A stretch of DNA of 64,000 bases from Bdellovibrionales bacterium (GTDB lineage: Bacteria > Bdellovibrionota > Bdellovibrionia > Bdellovibrionales > JAGQZY01), in NCBI GenBank assembly GCA_041736155.1, contig JBGSUL010000032.1, forward strand, positions 16,554 through 80,553, in the 5' to 3' direction. Of this stretch, positions 53,647 through 62,287 are shown piece by piece. The translations under genes were made by a program, and so were the position numbers. The notes under the pieces are model-generated. The model worked only from the letters and a program-made list of their open reading frames with translations. It was not told the DNA's origin and did not search any database. Each line of letters starts with the position of its first letter. The first letter of the stretch is position 1.

Positions 53647-56115
53647 ATGAGTGACGTAAAAACACCTCCGAGCAATGTAACTCGAGTCGATATCAACCAA
53701 GAAATGAAAGAGGCGTACCTCCAATATTCGATGAGCGTCATCGTGGGGCGAGCCCTTCCGGATGTGCGTGACGGTCTTAAGCCCGTGCATCGACGCGTGC
53801 TTTTTGCGATGCATGAGCTGAGCAATACACACGATAAGCCTTACAAAAAATCGGCGCGTGTTGTCGGTGATGTTATCGGTAAATACCATCCGCACGGCGA
53901 CGTGGCGGCATATGACACCATGGTGAGAATGGCGCAGGAGTTTTCTTTGCGTTATCCTTTGATCGATGGTCAAGGAAACTTTGGTTCCATCGATGGAGAT
54001 AGCCCAGCTGCTCAACGTTATACCGAAGTACGTATGACTCAATTGGCGGAAGAACTCCTTGCCGATATCGAAAAAGAAACAGTTCCGTTTGTTCCCAACT
54101 ACGATGACTCATTAATGATTCCTGCCATATTACCGGCAAAATTTCCTAACCTTCTCGTTAACGGAAGTTCAGGAATCGCTGTTGGTATGGCGACAAACAT
54201 TCCCCCACACAATTTAGGCGAAGTGATCGATGGTTGTGTCGCGTTGATTGATAATCCACAAATCACGGATGATGAGATCATTGAATATATCCCTGGTCCT
54301 GATTTTCCAACTCACGGTGTGATTGCCGGAAAAAATGGAATTATCTCTGCTTACAAAAAAGGTCATGGGATTATCACGATCAAAGCTGTCGCTGAGATTG
54401 TGAGCGTCAAAGATCGTGAAGAAATCATTGTTTCTGAAATTCCTTACCAAGTGAACAAAGCCAAGCTCATTGAGAGTATTGCCGATTTAGTGAGAGACAA
54501 AAAGATAGAAGGCATTAGCGACATTCGCGATGAATCTTCGCGCGAAGGCATGCGTATCGTTATCAACATTAAGCGTAACGAAAATGCGAGCGTGATTCTC
54601 AACCGCCTCTATAAATACACACAAATGCAAGTGAGCTTTGGTATCCGTATGTTGGCATTGGATGCCCGCCTCCAACCGCACATGTTTACTTTAAAAGAAG
54701 CGCTTGAGGCTTTTGTTGCCCATCGAAAAGATGTGGTAATTAAACGCTGTATTTTTGATTTGAAAAAATCAGAAGCCCGCGCGCATATTTTGGAAGGTCT
54801 AAAAAAAGCCATCGATCAAATCGATGCTGTTGTGGCGACGATTCGTGCTTCGAAAGAAACAGCGATCGCCAAAACGGCTTTAATGACAAAATTTGAATTT
54901 TCCGAAAAACAAGCGCAAGCGATATTAGAAATGCGCCTCTCGCGTTTAACAGGTCTTGAAATCCAGAAGATCGTCGAAGAGCTGAATGAGTTGATGAAGC
55001 TCATCGCTTGGCTCAAAGATGTTTTGGGAGACGAGAAAAAAGTTTTCCAAATAATTAAAGACGAGCTCGTCGAGATCAAAGCTAAATTTAACAATCCTCG
55101 CCGAACTCAAATTGAGAGTGATGGCCAAGAAATCGAAGATGAAGATTTGATCGCACAAGAAAAGATGGTGATTAACATCACCAACTCGGGAACGATCAAG
55201 AGAATCCCGATTGATCAATACAAGACTCAGCGTCGCGGTGGTAAAGGTGTTAAAGGGGCTGATACCAAAGAAGAAGACTTTGTAACAGACCTGTTTGTGG
55301 CGAATACAAAAACCACACTTCTCGTTTTCACCAGCAACGGCAAGGTTTATTGGACCAAGGTTTACAAGTTGCCGTTGGGCACTCGCACTTCGAAAGGCAA
55401 ATCCATCAACAACGTGGTGGAAATTGGCGCCAACGAAACAGTGCGTGCCGTTCTGCCCATAGAAGAATTTAAAGAAAATCGTTACGTCGTGATGTTGACC
55501 AAAAAAGGCACGATCAAGAAAACACCTCTCAGCGCGTTCTCGAATCCACGGCCATCGGGTATCATTGCACTGACGATCGACCTTGAAGATGATTTGTTGG
55601 CAGCGAAAATCAGTGAAGGTAACAACGACATCTTTATTTGTACTAAAGAAGGTATGTCGATCCGTTTTGACGAAAGCGATGTGCGACCCATGGGACGTAC
55701 AGCACGTGGCGTTAGAGGGATCACTCTCTCCAAGGATGATTCGGTGGTGGGCTGTGAAGTCTTTAATAAAGAGGGCCAAGCTAACATTTTGATTGTGACG
55801 GCCGGTGGATACGGAAAACGTACACAACTGGATGAGTATCGCGAACAAAGTCGTGGTGGTGTAGGTGTTATTACGCAAAAAACCACAGACAAAATTGGCC
55901 TTGTTGTTACATGTCGCAGTGTTCTTGATACCGATGACATTGTGGTGACAACAGATCAAGGACAGACGATTCGCATGCCATGCGCAGGCATCTCGGTGTT
56001 GGGACGAAACACACAAGGTGTGCGTTTGATCAGTCTCAAAGAAGAGGAATATGTCACGAGCACAGCTGTCGTGAGTGGTGCAGATAATGAAGAAACCGCA
56101 AGTATGGATCAGTAA
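53647..56115 (+). CDS. gyrA: DNA gyrase subunit A
   Basis: [27 protein letters not shown]. The active-site Tyr lies in [18 protein letters not shown] GyrA-box repeats are present. Confidence 0.98.
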   Translation: MSDVKTPPSNVTRVDINQEMKEAYLQYSMSVIVGRALPDVRDGLKPVHRRVLFAMHELSNTHDKPYKKSARVVGDVIGKYHPHGDVAAYDTMVRMAQEFSLRYPLIDGQGNFGSIDGDSPAAQRYTEVRMTQLAEELLADIEKETVPFVPNYDDSLMIPAILPAKFPNLLVNGSSGIAVGMATNIPPHNLGEVIDGCVALIDNPQITDDEIIEYIPGPDFPTHGVIAGKNGIISAYKKGHGIITIKAVAEIVSVKDREEIIVSEIPYQVNKAKLIESIADLVRDKKIEGISDIRDESSREGMRIVINIKRNENASVILNRLYKYTQMQVSFGIRMLALDARLQPHMFTLKEALEAFVAHRKDVVIKRCIFDLKKSEARAHILEGLKKAIDQIDAVVATIRASKETAIAKTALMTKFEFSEKQAQAILEMRLSRLTGLEIQKIVEELNELMKLIAWLKDVLGDEKKVFQIIKDELVEIKAKFNNPRRTQIESDGQEIEDEDLIAQEKMVINITNSGTIKRIPIDQYKTQRRGGKGVKGADTKEEDFVTDLFVANTKTTLLVFTSNGKVYWTKVYKLPLGTRTSKGKSINNVVEIGANETVRAVLPIEEFKENRYVVMLTKKGTIKKTPLSAFSNPRPSGIIALTIDLEDDLLAAKISEGNNDIFICTKEGMSIRFDESDVRPMGRTARGVRGITLSKDDSVVGCEVFNKEGQANILIVTAGGYGKRTQLDEYREQSRGGVGVITQKTTDKIGLVVTCRSVLDTDDIVVTTDQGQTIRMPCAGISVLGRNTQGVRLISLKEEEYVTSTAVVSGADNEETASMDQ

Positions 56116-56902
56116 ACCGCTCATCGGTTTACTGTGTTTTTTATTTTTTATGAGCGGCTGTTTTAGCCGCTCATTTCAAGAAGATTTCGATCGCGCGCAG
56201 ACACTTGCTAAAGAAGAAAAATTTGCTGAGGCGCTCACTCTTTATGAAAAGGTCTTTCTGAACAGCTCTGATGAAACATTGGTTTACGCCAGTGCCAAGT
56301 CAGCCGCCGAAATTTACGAACTTAATATCAAAAATTTTGCTCGCTCTGTGCACTATCTCAAGTTTGTCATCGCAAACTCTAGCAACTTTGCAGATTCTTA
56401 TGAAAGCTTGCAAAAAAAAGCATTTTTGGAGCACCGATTTTTATATCACTTTGAGGAAGCCATCCAGTCCTATCAACGGTTATTAAGTTATGCGGATGTG
56501 CCTATTGAAAAAAGTGCGGAGATTCGTCTTTCTATAGCTAAATGTTATTATGCGATTCATGACTATGCCTCCGCGCGCACAGAACTCAAAGCCTTGATGA
56601 GCCCTACCCAGGTGGAGGAAATTCGTTTCAAAGCCAAAATTTTGGAGGCCTCCATCTACCAAACAGAAAATAATTTGGAAGAAGCGATCAAATCGTATCA
56701 AGATGCTCTGACCATTAACATCAATGAAAAAGAAAAAAAAGAAGCCCTGATCAGTTTGGCGCTTTGTTATGAGCAAAAAGAAGCTTATAAAAATGCCTTG
56801 GAAACGATGCAAAAGATCCCCAACCAAGACGAGTTTTTAAAATTGAAAGTCGCGCAGCTGGAAAGACTCGTGCAGTTTCAAGGACGGAGGCTACAGCGAT
56901 GA
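56087..56902 (+). CDS. TPR-repeat lipoprotein, hypothetical
   Basis: It has a signal peptide with lipobox (LFFMSGC) and TPR-like helical repeats. The start is taken at MKKPQVW, overlapping the gyrA 3' end. Confidence 0.65.
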   Translation: MKKPQVWISKPLIGLLCFLFFMSGCFSRSFQEDFDRAQTLAKEEKFAEALTLYEKVFLNSSDETLVYASAKSAAEIYELNIKNFARSVHYLKFVIANSSNFADSYESLQKKAFLEHRFLYHFEEAIQSYQRLLSYADVPIEKSAEIRLSIAKCYYAIHDYASARTELKALMSPTQVEEIRFKAKILEASIYQTENNLEEAIKSYQDALTININEKEKKEALISLALCYEQKEAYKNALETMQKIPNQDEFLKLKVAQLERLVQFQGRRLQR

Positions 56903-57114
56903 GCCAATCTAAAAACAAAAAAGCCATAGCGGTGGCATTTGCTTTGGGTTTTGAATTGATTGGTCTGGTGCTTGTCGGCATTTTTGCCGGTGAATACATC
57001 GAAAAATCTGCTAACAATGGCTTTTCTAGTAACAAAGGAGCCTTAGTCGGCTGTGCCCTCGCCTTTACCCTGTGGTTCTGGCGCCTCATGAAAACCAGAA
57101 AGCATATGCTTTGA
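56899..57114 (+). CDS. AtpZ/ATPase_gene1-like small membrane protein preceding the Fo genes
   Basis: 71 aa with two TM segments. AVAFALGFELIGLVLVGIFAGEYI resembles the AtpZ family. It lies directly upstream of atpI/atpB. Confidence 0.6.
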   Translation: MSQSKNKKAIAVAFALGFELIGLVLVGIFAGEYIEKSANNGFSSNKGALVGCALAFTLWFWRLMKTRKHML

Positions 57115-57500
57115 TAGAAGTCCCACTCAAAGGCAGCATAAAGAAACTTTTGGCCGCCATGGGGCTCGCTTTCCTCGTTTTGGCCCTGCATTTAGTTGTT
57201 TTTGGTGAATACTGCGACGCAACAAGCGTTTTAGTGGGTGCTGTTTTCCTCGCTACGAACCTTTTTTTTTACGCAATAGTTTCTGCCGCGATTCTGGTCA
57301 AAAAAAATATTGCCTGGGTGGGACCTGTGATTGTAATAAAGTACCTGTTTTTAATAGTTTCAGTGTATTTGGTCTGGGCCTACTTTCACAGCCTATGGGT
57401 TGTGACAGGGATGTTTGCAGAACTCCTCTTGGTCATCGTTTTTTATTTGATGATTCAAAAGTGGCAATTGAGAAGGGACAAAATAAATGGCGCATTTTAA
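57072..57500 (+). CDS. atpI: AtpI-like membrane protein of the Fo operon
   Basis: About 4 TM segments. The call rests on its position before atpB. The real start is probably the TTG at 57111, which overlaps the upstream TGA (TTGA), or the ATG at 57159. Confidence 0.6.
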   Translation: MVLAPHENQKAYALIEVPLKGSIKKLLAAMGLAFLVLALHLVVFGEYCDATSVLVGAVFLATNLFFYAIVSAAILVKKNIAWVGPVIVIKYLFLIVSVYLVWAYFHSLWVVTGMFAELLLVIVFYLMIQKWQLRRDKINGAF

Positions 57501-58176
57501 TTGGCTTCAGTATTTAAGCGCGACGGATCACCACTACACTCACGTGCTGACAGCAGCAACGATTACCGGTTTTATTTTGTTACTTGGTGTTGTGGCACGC
57601 GTACAGCTGGGTTCGGGAGAAGTTGCTGTTGTACCTGCAGGACGTTTTTCTATTCGCGGCTTTTTTGAAATGATCACGGAAGGAACTTACGGCGTTGCTC
57701 AACAAGTCATTGGTGATGATGGCGCACGCTATGTTCCTTTGGCCGCATCGATATTCACTTTTGTATTGATTAACAATTTAGTGGGTATGCTGCCAGGAAT
57801 GACACCCGCAACAGACAATCTTAATACGTCATTTGCCATTGGTGTTTTTTCTTTTATTTACTACAACTACATTGGTTTAAAGTACGATGGTTATAAATAT
57901 ATTTTGCACTTTGCTGGTCCTATATGGTGGCTGGCATGGTTGATTTTACCCATTGAGCTTATCTCGCATGCATTTCGTCCACTGACGTTGGGACTTCGTC
58001 TTGCTGGAAACATCACGGCGGATCATACCGTTGTCGGAGTTTTCCACGAACTTTTCCCGATTGGTCTACCCGTTCCTTTTTATGCAATGGGGCTTATTGT
58101 TAGTTTAATTCAAGCATTTGTATTCGCCTTATTGACTCTCGTATACGTTATGTTAGCTAAGGCGCATGATCATTAA
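57487..58176 (+). CDS. atpB: Fo ATP synthase subunit a
   Basis: RPLTLGLRLAGNITADH contains the essential Arg motif. 229 aa and polytopic. Confidence 0.95.
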   Translation: MAHFNWLQYLSATDHHYTHVLTAATITGFILLLGVVARVQLGSGEVAVVPAGRFSIRGFFEMITEGTYGVAQQVIGDDGARYVPLAASIFTFVLINNLVGMLPGMTPATDNLNTSFAIGVFSFIYYNYIGLKYDGYKYILHFAGPIWWLAWLILPIELISHAFRPLTLGLRLAGNITADHTVVGVFHELFPIGLPVPFYAMGLIVSLIQAFVFALLTLVYVMLAKAHDH

Positions 58177-58214
58177 TTTATAATTTAAAGCAGTTCTAAA
58201 GAAGGGAGCTCGAG

Positions 58215-58577
58215 ATGATTAATATGAAAAAAACAGCGGTGGTTCTAGGAGCCTTATTTGCAACATTGCCAGCTTTTGCAGAAGAAGTTGCAGCAGCAGC
58301 AATGAAAGGTGGAGACCTTACATTTGTAGGTTTAGCCGCTTTGGGTGCAGGTATTGCGATTGGTTTGGCAGCATTTGGTGCAGCTAGTGGCCAAGGTAAA
58401 GCCGCCGCTTCCGCTCTTGAAGGTATCGCAAGAAATCCATCAGCTGGCGAGAAGATGTTTCTTCCCCTTATTTTGAGCTTAGTGTTCATGGAAGCCCTCG
58501 GGATTTTGGCGTTCCTGATTGCGAATTCGCTTAACGGGAATATCAGCAGCGTACTTAGCAAAGTATTTGGCGCCTAA
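58215..58577 (+). CDS. atpE: Fo ATP synthase subunit c with N-terminal signal-peptide-like extension
   Basis: The c-subunit hairpin reads GLAALGAGIAIGLAAFGAASGQG...ARNP...LSLVFMEALGILAFLIA, with the carboxylate in FMEAL. It is preceded by MKKTAVVLGALFATLPAFA-EE. A GGGAG SD lies 7 nt upstream of the first ATG. Confidence 0.9.
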   Translation: MINMKKTAVVLGALFATLPAFAEEVAAAAMKGGDLTFVGLAALGAGIAIGLAAFGAASGQGKAAASALEGIARNPSAGEKMFLPLILSLVFMEALGILAFLIANSLNGNISSVLSKVFGA

Positions 58578-58591
58578 TTAGGTGTTTTTGA

Positions 58592-58643
58592 GAGAGTGAA
58601 AGGCGATCGTCCCAGACCATCGTCTTAGCACTCTCTTTATCTT
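58592..58643 (+). terminator. Rho-independent terminator after atpE
   Basis: An extended imperfect stem forms from GAGAGTG-A-AAGGCGAT...ATCGTCTT-AG-CACTCTC. It is followed by TTTATCTT. Confidence 0.6.
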
Positions 58644-58719
58644 GTCTCACCCTAAGACAAATTGTGATTTAAAAAGAGACGCCACTAAGGTTTTTACCTG
58701 TGACTCCGATAAGATACCT

Positions 58720-60483
58720 ATGAGTCAGGCAAAAACTTACACGTTGATTTTTCTCTACGACAAGATGGCTTTATCACTTCCTGTGGCGCAAACGCTAAAG
58801 GAAAAAAATATAGAAGTTCATGTGGCGCAAAATGCTGGTGAACTCATCCAACTTATTGCTTCTAAAAATGTCGACATGGTTGGTTTGAGCGCGAATCATG
58901 CGAGCTCAAGAAGTCTTATCCAAGTTTTACGAGAAAAAACGCACGTCAAGATTCTCGCTTTTGGCGAAGATAAAATGCCATCCACCGCTCAGCGGATTGA
59001 TAAAATGGATGCCGATTTTAAAATTCTTGGTGTGGCCACAGCTTATAACATTTGGATGAAAATCGCTCCTTCGGTTAAAGCGAAGATGAAGGAACATGAA
59101 AATAACGGGAACGTGCTTTATAGTGGTGGTTCCAGTACACAACAAAAAAGTCACCAAGCCATAATTGTTAAGAATAGCAAAGGGGCTGCAGAAAAAGAAA
59201 AAGCCGATAGTGGCGCTAACATTATTTCTTCAGGGAAAAAGAAAAAAGATAAAAATAAACGCAAGAATGCAGAGCCAGCGATGGATGACACGTTTGAGCA
59301 AGGGGATTCGCCAGCTCAAGGAAACGATGTCATGTTCTTTAAAAAAGACGCCCCAGTATCGAAAGAATCAAAGAGAAAAGATAAATCCGATGGTCTCAGT
59401 AAAAAAAGTTCTTTAGGAAAAAATAATAAGAAAACACAAAAAGATATCGACGCTGAATTTGATTCCATGGAAAGCATGGTCAGTCCCAATCTCAGCATGA
59501 AAAAAGCCCCAACAAATGATGATGTGGAAGTAGATATAGAAAGTGCACAAGCGAATACGGGTGGTGGCAAGATGGAACAAGAAGTTCCCGATGAGCTCGA
59601 TGGCTCAATCATACAAGTTGGATTAGATAAAAACCCAGATGCTGGAATCGGTAGCGTAGATAATCTAGGTGCTGAGAGCAAAGTGGGTAAACTTCTAAAA
59701 TTTGATAAGAAAAATAAGAAAAAATTAAAGGGCAAAGCCAATAAAGAAAAAGAATCTGAAGAAGAAGTGACGGCTCAAGCAGCGGACGAGGTTGCAGAAG
59801 AGATTCCCCAGGAGCCTCTCGAAAATATCATTCAGAAAGCGGCGCTGAGTGCTTATGTTAGCGTCGAACCAGGAAAAGAAAATTTTGGATCCATTAACAA
59901 GATGACAGTGATCCCTGTCGATAGAGATGTGGACAGAGGGTTTATCATCTTCTGTACGAATGACAATCAGTTCCTATCGACGATTGCTGCATCCATGGAT
60001 ACTTTTAAAAATTCTTTGCAAGAAACCCTCGCTGAGCAAGGCATGGTTGTCGTTGGTGAGAGCTACAATATTGAAACTGAAGAAGTAGAGATACTGAATT
60101 GGGTTTTAGAAAAAAGCCAGTTTCATTACATGTTTGAAGACGCAAAGTCGCAAAAACAAATCATGATCTGTTTTTTGCCGAAGGAAAATATTTATCCAGA
60201 CACGAATAAATCGACAGAACTAAATATGCTCAAAGTCGAGCTGGATGTAATTCCTCCAGCGACACCTCTTAATTTTAATGTCTTTATTTATTTAGCGCGC
60301 AACAACCGTGTGGTTCCCTATATTCGTCGTGGTGGAAAATTTACCGACGAACAAATGGCAAGATTGGGAGATCACGGTGTAGATTCGGTCTATATAAACG
60401 AAGAAGATCGTAAAGCGCTTTACTCATTTTTTATTTCTCAAACCATTGGACAAGACCTTCGTCCAATTAAAAAAGCCGCTTAA
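58720..60483 (+). CDS. Hypothetical protein: N-terminal receiver-like (pseudo-receiver) fold, long K/E-rich disordered middle, conserved-looking C-terminal domain
   Basis: The start is taken at MSQAKTYTLIFLYD (M27 of the track ORF), because the upstream part overlaps the atpE terminator. The N-terminus shows an alternating beta/alpha pattern (LIFLYD, EVHVA, VDMVGLS, ILAFGE, FKILGV) without the phospho-acceptor Asp context. The middle is rich in K, D, E and S. Confidence 0.6.
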   Translation: MSQAKTYTLIFLYDKMALSLPVAQTLKEKNIEVHVAQNAGELIQLIASKNVDMVGLSANHASSRSLIQVLREKTHVKILAFGEDKMPSTAQRIDKMDADFKILGVATAYNIWMKIAPSVKAKMKEHENNGNVLYSGGSSTQQKSHQAIIVKNSKGAAEKEKADSGANIISSGKKKKDKNKRKNAEPAMDDTFEQGDSPAQGNDVMFFKKDAPVSKESKRKDKSDGLSKKSSLGKNNKKTQKDIDAEFDSMESMVSPNLSMKKAPTNDDVEVDIESAQANTGGGKMEQEVPDELDGSIIQVGLDKNPDAGIGSVDNLGAESKVGKLLKFDKKNKKKLKGKANKEKESEEEVTAQAADEVAEEIPQEPLENIIQKAALSAYVSVEPGKENFGSINKMTVIPVDRDVDRGFIIFCTNDNQFLSTIAASMDTFKNSLQETLAEQGMVVVGESYNIETEEVEILNWVLEKSQFHYMFEDAKSQKQIMICFLPKENIYPDTNKSTELNMLKVELDVIPPATPLNFNVFIYLARNNRVVPYIRRGGKFTDEQMARLGDHGVDSVYINEEDRKALYSFFISQTIGQDLRPIKKAA

Positions 60484-60678
60484 AATCGTAATAAAGATCT
60501 GAATCCTCGACAGATTTTCCAAAACAGTCTTGAGCAGACTATAGTCCTAACAAACCATATCAAACAAAAGACCTTGGTCTTTGGCGCAACTGATTATAAA
60601 ATTTTTTGAGTAGCTATTAATTTATCTAATGAAGTCAAGAATGAATCATGACTTCCTATAGAACCAAAGGACGGTCAA

Positions 60679-62286
60679 ATGAAAAAAACATTACTAATTT
60701 CCACTCTCCTTACAGCCAGCTTCGCGATGGCAAATCACGCGATTGCAAGCCAAGAATATCTTATCAAAATGAATGCGAAGACATCAGTGCAACAGCTTGA
60801 AGAGATGTACGGCGCCAACAATGTTTCCGATCTCCACTTCAACAACTGGGTGAAAGTCACCGTGGGATCAGCACGCGCTTTAGAAGCTCTTGGTGGAAAA
60901 GCAGAACATGTAGAAAAAAATAAAACATTCACAATTCAACTTCACAGACCCACACGAGATGATGGTGGTGGCTTTATCGGTGGCGCGAGTGGCGGTGGTT
61001 TTATTGGCGGCGACGACAGCAGTGGTGGCGGCGGATTTATCGGCGGTGGCGGAAGCAACGGCGGTGGATCAAGTAGTGGTGGCTTCATTGGTGGTGATGA
61101 TAGCAGTGGTGGCGGCGGATTCATCGGTGGAGGCGGAAGCAGCGGAGGATCCAGCAGTGGTGGTTTTATCGGCGGTGGAAGCACAAGTGGTGGTGGCAGC
61201 AGCGGTGGATCAAGTAGTGGTGGCTCTGTCAGCGGTGGAAGCACGAGCACGGGAGCCAGTGGCGATCCTTCCTTCCCAACCAATATCGTTCCTGGTACAG
61301 GCCCGGATGCAGAATTCTCTAAACAATGGGGAATGGCAGATATCGGCGTGCAAGATGCTTGGCAAAGTTCTGGAACGAAAGGATCTGCAGACATGATCGT
61401 TGCCGTGATTGATTCCGGTGTTGATTATACTCATCAAGATCTTGTTGAGAATATGTGGAGAAATCCAGGTGAAAGTGGAAACGGCAAAGAAACCAACGGC
61501 GTTGATGATGATGGAAATGGTTTTATTGATGATGTTGTTGGTTGGGATTTTGCCGCTAGCGATAACAAGCCGTACGATATCACCGGTGGTTACATGGGGA
61601 ACCCAGGGCATGGAACACATTGTGCCGGTAACGTTGCGGCTCGCTCTGACAATGGAGTGGGTACGGTCGGCGTTGCGCCTCATGTAAAAATCATGGCAAT
61701 GCGTTTTATCACAGAAAAAGGATCGGGATCTACAGATGGAGCTGTGCAAGCGATCAAGTATGCCGTGGATAATGGCGCGAAAGTTCTTTCTAACTCTTGG
61801 GGTTCAGAAGGTGACGATGGTGGTGACGAGAGCAAAGCTCTCCAAGAAGCGATCCAATATGCAAAAGATCACGATGTACTATTTGTTGCAGCTGCCGGAA
61901 ATAGTTCTTACAACAACGATCTCCCTGCAAAAATGGCTGTTCCCGCAAGTTACACACATGACAACATCATCAGTGTTGCGGCCATTGACCGAAATAACAA
62001 GTTAGCATCGTTCTCGAGCTATGGTTTAACCACGGTCGATATCGGAGCACCAGGTGTGGATGTGTATTCTTCTATTCCTAAAAATAAATACATGAATATG
62101 CCAGGAACATCGATGGCATGTCCTCATGTGGCAGGAGCCGCAGCTCTTTACTGGTCACATAATCCCCATGCGACCATGATGGATGTGAAAGCCGCCATCC
62201 TTAAATCAGCTGTGGCTATCCCCGCACTGCAAGGAAAAACAGTAACGGGCGCTAAGCTCAATGTTAAAAATTTAATGGCTCAGTAG
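60679..62286 (+). CDS. Secreted subtilisin-family (S8) serine protease with Gly/Ser-rich GGFIGG repeat insert
   Basis: It has a signal peptide (LLTASFAMA). Catalytic Asp is in VAVIDSGVDYTHQDL, His in GHGTHCAGNVAA and Ser in GTSMACPHVAGAAAL, with oxyanion NSWG. An I9-like propeptide occupies aa 25-90. Confidence 0.92.
   Translation: MKKTLLISTLLTASFAMANHAIASQEYLIKMNAKTSVQQLEEMYGANNVSDLHFNNWVKVTVGSARALEALGGKAEHVEKNKTFTIQLHRPTRDDGGGFIGGASGGGFIGGDDSSGGGGFIGGGGSNGGGSSSGGFIGGDDSSGGGGFIGGGGSSGGSSSGGFIGGGSTSGGGSSGGSSSGGSVSGGSTSTGASGDPSFPTNIVPGTGPDAEFSKQWGMADIGVQDAWQSSGTKGSADMIVAVIDSGVDYTHQDLVENMWRNPGESGNGKETNGVDDDGNGFIDDVVGWDFAASDNKPYDITGGYMGNPGHGTHCAGNVAARSDNGVGTVGVAPHVKIMAMRFITEKGSGSTDGAVQAIKYAVDNGAKVLSNSWGSEGDDGGDESKALQEAIQYAKDHDVLFVAAAGNSSYNNDLPAKMAVPASYTHDNIISVAAIDRNNKLASFSSYGLTTVDIGAPGVDVYSSIPKNKYMNMPGTSMACPHVAGAAALYWSHNPHATMMDVKAAILKSAVAIPALQGKTVTGAKLNVKNLMAQ
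60958..61263 (+). repeat. In-frame tandem repeat encoding GGFIGG(DDSS)GGGGFIGGGGS(N/S)GG(G)SSS units
   Basis: Aa 94-195 of the protease. Five GGFIGG and GGGFIGG motifs are visible, along with two near-identical ~28-aa units. The DNA is GGT/GGC-rich and creates a spurious Pro-rich antisense ORF. Confidence 0.85.
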
Positions 62287-62287
62287 T

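Noticed and set aside
54946-56124. 392-aa ORF on the minus strand
   Set aside because: It is entirely antisense to gyrA, whose identity is unambiguous (active-site AAQRYTE, GyrA-box repeats). The antisense translation is Cys/His/Phe-rich with no motif, so it is a shadow ORF.
58625-58633. TTAGCACTC, a match to the left half of the CIRCE (HrcA) operator
   Set aside because: No GAGTGCTAA partner follows at 9-nt spacing. The sequence is instead the descending arm of the atpE terminator stem, and no heat-shock gene follows.
60942-61394. 150-aa proline-rich ORF (PPLLDPPLLPPP...) on the minus strand, and the Ala/Val-rich ORF at 60959-61396 on the plus strand
   Set aside because: Both are artefacts of the GGT/GGC-rich repeat encoding the glycine-rich insert of the S8 protease. 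The protease frame has a signal peptide and a full catalytic triad.
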